From the NCBI GenBank assembly GCA_963716725.1, contig CAVQUB010000009.1, positions 64,001 through 128,000 of the forward strand: a stretch of DNA of 64,000 nt. The letters run 5' to 3'. Shown one piece after another: positions 56,648 through 64,000 of the stretch. A program made the position numbers and the translations under genes. This DNA comes from an uncultured delta proteobacterium (GTDB lineage: Bacteria; Myxococcota_A; Polyangia; Polyangiales; Polyangiaceae). Each line of letters starts with the position of its first letter. The first letter of the stretch is position 1. Under the pieces are notes generated by a model that made no database searches, was not told the origin of the DNA, and saw only the letters and a program-made list of their open reading frames with translations.

Positions 56648-56708
56648 GCCCCGACGTTAGCACGAACCGTGTTCACGCCTTGGCGGGTGGACCTTGCGCG
56701 AGCTCGAC

Positions 56709-57671
56709 TCAGAAGCGACCGCTCACCGACGCGGAAGCGATCCCCAGCGACACGCGTGGAGCGTAGGGGCTCGAGGCCGCGGGTCGGCGGTCCGAGCGGA
56801 GAAACAGGTAGGTCGCGACGCCGAGCGACGCGATGCCCACGCCGACGGAGACGGTGCTGATGGCGGCGAGGCTCTGGCCGCTGTCCACTGCGGAGCGCCC
56901 CTCCGCGTTGCAGACTCGATTCGGGCAGTTGTCCTCGATGCTCGACTTCTTGCCGTGGGCCAGAATGCCGGTGACGCCGCCGACGGCCAATCCGAGGAGG
57001 CCGACGCCACCAAAGGCATAGGCCGCCGTGGGAGGTCGAGCCTGCGCTGCCTCGGGCGCGGGCGCAGCGACGGGCGGCTCGACGGGCTCGTCACCTGCTG
57101 CTGCCTGCTCGATGACCAGCTCGACCTGCTCGCGTTGCGAGGCGCGGAGCACGAGGGCGCGCTTCGAGATGGGACGCCCGGGCGGAGCCACCACGACATT
57201 GACGGGACCCGGATCGACCTCGATGGGTTTGCCGACGAGCAAGGTCACGTCGCGGGCACCGAGCGTGACGCGCGTGCCCGGGACCCACTGCCCGCGGATC
57301 TGAACCGTGATCGACGCGATGCGCTGGGTGGCCAGGGCGCGCTTTCGGATGGCTACCGCCGCGCGGTCCGCGTGTTTGCTGGCTTCGGCCGGCGGCAGTC
57401 GCCCGACCACGTCGAGGAACTTCGCGTAGTTGTCCGCGGCCGTCTTGGCCTTGCCCCAACCGAATTGGCACTCTGCCAGCGTGAAGACGACGCCGGGCAA
57501 GGGATCGAGGGCGTAGCTCCGCTCGAGCAGCGGACAGCCTTCGTCGAACTTACCGGACAAGAAGGCGTCGACGCCTCGCTCGAACAACGCGTCGGCGCGC
57601 TCCTGCGCCCTGGCAGTGAGCGAGCACAAGCTGAGCCCGAGCGCGAGCCCGGTGATGCGGAGCGGACGCAT
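56709..57671 (-). CDS. Secreted TPR + PEGA-like domain protein
   Basis: ADALFERG...CPLLERSYALDP...LAEC TPR; PIEVDPGPVNVVV PEGA-like segment; C-terminal hydrophobic region ending VSGRF. Confidence 0.8.
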   Translation of the reverse strand: MRPLRITGLALGLSLCSLTARAQERADALFERGVDAFLSGKFDEGCPLLERSYALDPLPGVVFTLAECQFGWGKAKTAADNYAKFLDVVGRLPPAEASKHADRAAVAIRKRALATQRIASITVQIRGQWVPGTRVTLGARDVTLLVGKPIEVDPGPVNVVVAPPGRPISKRALVLRASQREQVELVIEQAAAGDEPVEPPVAAPAPEAAQARPPTAAYAFGGVGLLGLAVGGVTGILAHGKKSSIEDNCPNRVCNAEGRSAVDSGQSLAAISTVSVGVGIASLGVATYLFLRSDRRPAASSPYAPRVSLGIASASVSGRF

Positions 57672-57689
57672 TCGAAGCGCACTCTACAC

Positions 57690-59207
<1,518 letters not shown>

Positions 59208-59304
59208 GGGTGAGTGTGGAAGAATACGGCACGGTGGCGACGGCTGGCCAGGTACACGCGAGATTGGGCCGCATCGGCCCTCGGAAACCGGTCTTGGCCT
59301 GGCG

Positions 59305-60216
59305 ATGAATCCCGTCGCTCCCGGCGAAACCGTAGGCGGGTACACCGTGGTCGAGGAGGTCGGACGGGGCTCCACCGCGACGGTGTTCCGCGCCCGCCCG
59401 GGCGATCACGGCCCGGACGTGGCGCTCAAGCTCCTGCGACCCGACCTGGCGCTGGTCGAGTCGGCGATGACGATGTTCGCCGACGAAGCGCAGATAGCAG
59501 CGCGAATCGTTCACCCCAACGTGGTGCGGGTTTTGGGCACGGGAGAGCACGATGGCGTGCCCTTCATCGTGCAAGAGCTGGTCGAGGGCTTCTCCTACGG
59601 TGAAGTGCGGTCGCGGGTGGCCGAGCTTGGGCGCAGCATCGAGCTTTCGACCCACTTGGCGATCTTGGCCCAGGCCGCCGAAGGCCTGCACGCAGCTCAC
59701 GAGACCCGGGACGAGCACGGCGCGCTCTCGAACATCGTCCATCGGGACGTCAAACCGCACAACATCTTGCTGGGGCTCAGCGGCCGGGTGAAGGTCGTGG
59801 ACTTCGGCGTGGCTGCGGCCCGCGACCGGAGCACGCGGACCGCGACCGGCGCCACCAAGGGCACCCTCGCCTACCTGGCGCCGGAGCAAATCCTCTCGCC
59901 ACGCGACGTGGATCGCCGGGCCGACCTCTGGGCCCTCGGCGTCATCGCCTGGGAGGGCGTCACGGGCCAACGGCTCTTCTTCGACAAGATGGACGGCGTC
60001 ACGATTTGGAACGTCGTGCACCGCGAGATCCCGCCCCTGGCCACCGACGGCTCGGTCCCAGAGCCCGTGCTTCGGGTCGTCGCGCGCTGTCTCTCGCGCA
60101 AGCGAGAGGGGCGTCCGCCGTCCGCCGCAGCCGTCGCCGAGGTGTTCGAGAGCGCTGCCGCCGCGCTGGGCGAGACCGGACTCGAACCGGTCGCGCGGCT
60201 CGCGCGATCGCTCTAG
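59305..60216 (+). CDS. Soluble kinase-domain-only Ser/Thr protein kinase
   Basis: GRGSTA, VALK, HRDVKPHN, DFG, GTLAYLAPEQ; ends shortly after the catalytic domain. Confidence 0.92.
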   Translation: MNPVAPGETVGGYTVVEEVGRGSTATVFRARPGDHGPDVALKLLRPDLALVESAMTMFADEAQIAARIVHPNVVRVLGTGEHDGVPFIVQELVEGFSYGEVRSRVAELGRSIELSTHLAILAQAAEGLHAAHETRDEHGALSNIVHRDVKPHNILLGLSGRVKVVDFGVAAARDRSTRTATGATKGTLAYLAPEQILSPRDVDRRADLWALGVIAWEGVTGQRLFFDKMDGVTIWNVVHREIPPLATDGSVPEPVLRVVARCLSRKREGRPPSAAAVAEVFESAAAALGETGLEPVARLARSL

Positions 60217-60303
60217 CCTCGCGCTGGACTGGCGCGCCAGTCCATGGGCGGGCGCAGGAGTCCATCCAGCTCCGCAATTCGTGAAAAATCCCGGCGGATT
60301 GCC

Positions 60304-60320
60304 TCGGCACGGCGCCTGCA
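60304..60320 (+). promoter_or_regulatory. sigma54 -24/-12 promoter
   Basis: TCGGCACGGCGCCTGCA, GG-N10-GC; GGAGG RBS and ATG 60348 follow. Confidence 0.7.
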
Positions 60321-60347
60321 CAGATCGATGCTCGGAGGCACAATTCA

Positions 60348-61430
60348 ATGCGTTCGAGCTTCGGTTTTGCGGTTCTCTGGCTCGGGGTGGCAGCAGCGGG
60401 ATGTTCGACCAACCCACAGCAGGGAGATCCCACGGATCAGCCGGCGTTCTGTCAGAACTCGGTCCAGACCTGCTTCGAGTTCTGCCTCTGCGCCACGGGT
60501 GAAGTGGATCGCTGCTTCGACGCCTGCGAAGACGGCTCGGGCGGCGATCCCGGGGTCGGCGGAGGGCCGGGCAGCGGTGGTGGTCCTGGGGCCGGCGGCG
60601 GACCGAGCGGCGGCGGCGCCCCGGCGGGCGGCAACACGGGCAGCGGCGGCGCTTCGGCTGGCGGCGGCGCTCCCGGCGGCGGCGGCGCTCCCGGCGGCGG
60701 CAGCGCTCCGGCGGGCGGTGGCAGCCCTGGAGCGGGCGGTGCACCGACTGGCCCCAGCTGCGTCGGCCAGTGCGGCAGCACGCAGCCGGTGGCCGGCACC
60801 TGTTACTGCGACGGCGACTGTGCCAAGTACGGCGACTGCTGCGGCGACTACGCGGCGGCGTGCCAGGGCGGTGGCAGCGGGGGCGCGACCGGCAGCGGCG
60901 GCGCGACCGGCAGCGGCGGCGCCGCCGGCAACACCTGCGGCGGCTGGCCCGGCGGCACGCCCGGCGTCGCCATGAACAGCACCTTGCCGCAGAGCCTGTC
61001 GTGGCAGGGTTTCCGCGAGAACTCGTCGAGCAGCGAGACGGTCAGCATCCAGGACTACTACGACTGCGACGGCAAGAAGGGCATCACCGCGCTGATGATC
61101 ATCACGGGCACGCCCGGCTGCGGCGCGTGCAAGAGCGAGGCGGCGACGCTCGAAGGCAAGATGGGCACTTGGGCGGGCATGGGCATCAAGGTCATCACCC
61201 TGATGGTCGGGAGCGTGTCGACGGCGCAGACCTGGAAGTCCATGTACAACCTGAACAAGAGCGCCGTCTTGGCCGACAAGATGCCTCCGTCGATGGCCTA
61301 TTCGAGCAGCATCGGGACGCCGATGCACCACATCGTCGATCCGCGCAACATGAAGGTCATTCACACCCAGATGGGCGCGGGCGGGACAGCCTTCAGCAAG
61401 CTCGAGCAGCTGGCCGCCCAGAACAAGTGA
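60348..61430 (+). CDS. Lipoprotein: six-Cys module, somatomedin-B-like domain and thioredoxin-like domain
   Basis: Lipobox AAAGC; SCVGQCG...CYCDGDCAKYGDCCGDY; TPGCGACKSEA...GTPMHHIVDP. Confidence 0.8.
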   Translation: MRSSFGFAVLWLGVAAAGCSTNPQQGDPTDQPAFCQNSVQTCFEFCLCATGEVDRCFDACEDGSGGDPGVGGGPGSGGGPGAGGGPSGGGAPAGGNTGSGGASAGGGAPGGGGAPGGGSAPAGGGSPGAGGAPTGPSCVGQCGSTQPVAGTCYCDGDCAKYGDCCGDYAAACQGGGSGGATGSGGATGSGGAAGNTCGGWPGGTPGVAMNSTLPQSLSWQGFRENSSSSETVSIQDYYDCDGKKGITALMIITGTPGCGACKSEAATLEGKMGTWAGMGIKVITLMVGSVSTAQTWKSMYNLNKSAVLADKMPPSMAYSSSIGTPMHHIVDPRNMKVIHTQMGAGGTAFSKLEQLAAQNK

Positions 61431-61431
61431 G

Positions 61432-62745
61432 TTAGCGGATCTGGTGGCGCTTGAGCAGCTCGATCAAATACGAGCGGTTCATCTGGCCGACGCGGGCCGC
61501 CTTGCGCACATTGCCTTCGGAGCGATCGAGCAGCGCTTGCAAGTAGCGCTTCTCGAAGCCTTCGAGCAGCTCGCTGCGTGCATCGCGATAGGGCCGACTC
61601 AGCACGCTCTCGATGATGTCTTCGGTCGCCCCGGCCTCGACGGAGGGAGCGGCCGAAGCGTCGACGGTTGGCTTGCGCCCCATGGCGAGGGCGGCGGCGA
61701 CCAGGTTCCGAAGCTCGCGCACGTTGCCGGGCCAGGAGTAGGCCTCGAGCTCGCGCATCACCTCGTCGTTGAACAGATCCGAGGCCTGCTCGGAGCCGCC
61801 CACTTCACGAATGAAGTGTTCGATCAGCATTGGCACGTCCTCGGTGCGGCGGCGCAGGGGCGGCACCTCGAGCACGACCACGCCGAGCCGGTAGAACAAG
61901 TCCAAGCGGAAGGTTCCCGAGTTGACGTCGCGACGCAGATCGCGGTTCGTCGCCGAGACGATGCGCACGTCAACGGGCACTTCCTCGCTGCCGCCGATTC
62001 GAGTGAAGCGGCGACGTTCGAGCGCACCGAGCAACGAAGCCTGAAGTGAGGGCGGCAACTCGCCCAGTTCGTCGAGCAGGACAGTCCCGCCATTGGCGCG
62101 TTCGAGCGCGCCGGCACGACGCTTGTCGGCTCCCGTGAAGGCGCCCCGCTCATGCCCGAAGAGCTCTGCGGCGAACACCGTCGGCGGAATGGCCGCGCAG
62201 TCGACGACCACGAAAGGCGCCTTGGCCCGGGGCGATTCGTCGTGGATTGCCCGGGCGATGAGCTCCTTTCCGGTCCCCGACTCGCCGATCAGGAGCACGC
62301 TGACGTCACTGGCTGCGAGTTTGCGGATGTCAGCCATCAGCCGGCGCATCACCGGGGCCTTGCCGCGCAAGGCGCCCAGTGTGTCGTCGTCGAACAAGCT
62401 CTGCATCACGACGTCGCCGTCTTCGACGCTGAGCGTCACATCGCCGAGCTTGAGCGTCGCCGGAAGCGAGAACGACACCGTCGAGTCGCGCACCATCACC
62501 GGACCGATCCGAGTGCCGTTGGTGGAGCCGAGGTCGGTCAAGGTTACCAAAACAGCGTCGCGTTCCAGGGTCAGATGAAAACGACTGACCGTGGGATGAG
62601 TAACGATCAGGTCGTTGCCCTGGGCGCCGCCCACCGAGATGCGCTCGCCGGAGAAGACCCGAGACTGCTCGGTGCCGCCCACGGTGAGCCGCATGGACAG
62701 CACGGGCATGCCCGCTGTGGCGGCGCGCAGCGTCGAATCCTGCAT
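61432..62745 (-). CDS. FHA-domain sigma54-dependent transcriptional activator
   Basis: FHA motifs VSRFH and DLGSTNGT; GESGTGKE, GAFTGA, LDELGE, WPGNVREL; Fis-type HTH. Confidence 0.95.
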   Translation of the reverse strand: MQDSTLRAATAGMPVLSMRLTVGGTEQSRVFSGERISVGGAQGNDLIVTHPTVSRFHLTLERDAVLVTLTDLGSTNGTRIGPVMVRDSTVSFSLPATLKLGDVTLSVEDGDVVMQSLFDDDTLGALRGKAPVMRRLMADIRKLAASDVSVLLIGESGTGKELIARAIHDESPRAKAPFVVVDCAAIPPTVFAAELFGHERGAFTGADKRRAGALERANGGTVLLDELGELPPSLQASLLGALERRRFTRIGGSEEVPVDVRIVSATNRDLRRDVNSGTFRLDLFYRLGVVVLEVPPLRRRTEDVPMLIEHFIREVGGSEQASDLFNDEVMRELEAYSWPGNVRELRNLVAAALAMGRKPTVDASAAPSVEAGATEDIIESVLSRPYRDARSELLEGFEKRYLQALLDRSEGNVRKAARVGQMNRSYLIELLKRHQIR

Positions 62746-62866
62746 GGACGCGGGACGCTACCAAAGTCCGCCGGGAGGCGTCGAATGGACTCCTGAAGGA
62801 GACCGGTGGTCGGGTGCAACATACCGCGCACGCCGCAGGCTTTGGCTCGAATCAGCAGCCTTTCGC

Positions 62867-62883
62867 CTGGCACGCAGGCTGCA
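62867..62883 (+). promoter_or_regulatory. sigma54 -24/-12 promoter
   Basis: CTGGCACGCAGGCTGCA, near-consensus GG-N10-GC; ATG 13 bp after the -12 C. Confidence 0.75.
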
Positions 62884-62894
62884 AACGCCCGGGC

Positions 62895-63770
62895 ATGCGT
62901 CTTCGTGATGTCCTCGTTCTCGCGTTCGGCGTCGGCCTGTCTCAGGCGGGCTGCGCCGCGGAGGTGGGTTCGGCCGACGGCGGGCTCTGCGAAAAGGCCG
63001 CTGACTGCTTCCAACTCTGCCTGTGCTCGGACGGATCGCCCCAGGAGTGCAAGACCGCGTGCTCCGGCAGCAGCGGTGGAGGCGCGTCGAGCGGCGGAGG
63101 CGCGTCGAGCGGCGGCGCGCCGGGTGGGGGCGGAGCCTCAGGCGGCGGCGGAACGCCGAGCGGTGGCGGAGCCTCAGGCGGTGGCGGAGCCTCGGGCGGC
63201 GGCGGAACGCCGAGCGGCGGCGGAGCCTCGGGCGGCGGCGGAACGCCGAGCGGCGGCGGAGCCTCGGGCGGGGGCGCGCCGGGAGGAGGAGGAGCCTCAG
63301 GCGGCGGCGGCAGCAGCGGTTCGTGCGGGGACGACGGCTCGGGCTGGAGCTCGAGCTTCCAGAGCTTCGAGTGTGAGGTGCTGAGCCTGGTCAACCAGAA
63401 GCGAGCCGCGGGAGCTTCGTGCGGCGGTGCGCCCTATCCGCCGGTGGGTCCGGTGACGCGCCACCCAAACTTGACGACGTCGGCCCGCGCCCACGCCAAA
63501 GACATGGGCGACCAAGGCTACTTCAGCCACAACAGCCTCGACGGCAAGAGCCCCTTCGACCGCATGAAGCAGGCCGGTTATTCCGGGGGCACCATGGGCG
63601 AGAACATCGCCGCCGGTCAGACCACGCCCGCTTCCGTGGTCCAAGGTTGGATGCAGAGCACCGGGCACTGCACGAACATCATGAAGGGCGCCTACAAGCA
63701 CCTGGGCGTCGGCTACTACCTCGGGGCCAAAGGCTACAAACACTACTGGGTTCAAAATTTCGGGGGCTGA
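62895..63770 (+). CDS. CAP (SCP) domain lipoprotein with N-terminal six-Cys module
   Basis: Lipobox SQAGC; ARAHAKDM..QGYFSH, GENIAAG, WMQSTGHCTNIM, YWVQNFG. Confidence 0.92.
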   Translation: MRLRDVLVLAFGVGLSQAGCAAEVGSADGGLCEKAADCFQLCLCSDGSPQECKTACSGSSGGGASSGGGASSGGAPGGGGASGGGGTPSGGGASGGGGASGGGGTPSGGGASGGGGTPSGGGASGGGAPGGGGASGGGGSSGSCGDDGSGWSSSFQSFECEVLSLVNQKRAAGASCGGAPYPPVGPVTRHPNLTTSARAHAKDMGDQGYFSHNSLDGKSPFDRMKQAGYSGGTMGENIAAGQTTPASVVQGWMQSTGHCTNIMKGAYKHLGVGYYLGAKGYKHYWVQNFGG

Positions 63771-63792
63771 GCCGCGGCGACGCTCACCAACC

Positions 63793-64000
63793 TCAGCCAG
63801 CCGGCTCAAACCGCCGAAGCGCCGCGGCGACTCGCTCGGCATTGCCCGCCGCGATCTCCCGGAACTCCGGGGTGATCTGCGAGTGAACCGCGACGGCGCT
63901 CCAGAAGTCCAACGCAGCGGCGACGACGGCGGCGACGATCGGCGCGTCGTCGGATGCTGGTAGCGGCGGCTCGAAGCGTCGCTCCGACAACTCCCCGGCG
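63793..64000 (-). CDS. 3' end of a hypothetical protein (runs off the window end)
   Basis: Open minus-strand frame from the window end to TGA at 63793, convergent with the CAP gene. Confidence 0.55.
   Translation of the reverse strand, partial: AGELSERRFEPPLPASDDAPIVAAVVAAALDFWSAVAVHSQITPEFREIAAGNAERVAAALRRFEPAG

Overview
A very GC-rich, gene-dense chromosomal window. Its content points to a myxobacterium, probably Polyangiaceae/Sorangium-like (inference): about 17 lipoproteins, many with Gly/Ser linkers or Cys-rich domains, four Hanks-type Ser/Thr kinases, an FHA-sigma54 activator, a TIGR02265/DUF2378-like protein and PilZ proteins. Recognisable housekeeping genes include rnk, preT/preA (heavily frameshifted, probably assembly error), ychJ, suhB, tatA, a Leu/Phe/Val dehydrogenase and a MutS-domain ATPase. 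I saw no rRNA, tRNA, CRISPR array, transposase or integrase. The best leads are: (1) a ~110-bp collapsed copy of the 17222-18439 lipoprotein gene that survives as an in-frame 13-codon CxxC mini-ORF translationally coupled to an orphan radical SAM gene; (2) a kinase/FHA-sigma54 locus with three sigma54 promoters and two flanking lipoproteins that share an unnamed six-Cys N-terminal module; (3) a B12-dependent radical SAM enzyme translationally coupled to an exported lipoprotein; (4) a minimal stand-alone STAND/NB-ARC NTPase; (5) a structured 127-bp dispersed repeat; and (6) repeated leaderless-type promoter geometry. All product calls come from reading motifs by eye, with no database searches.
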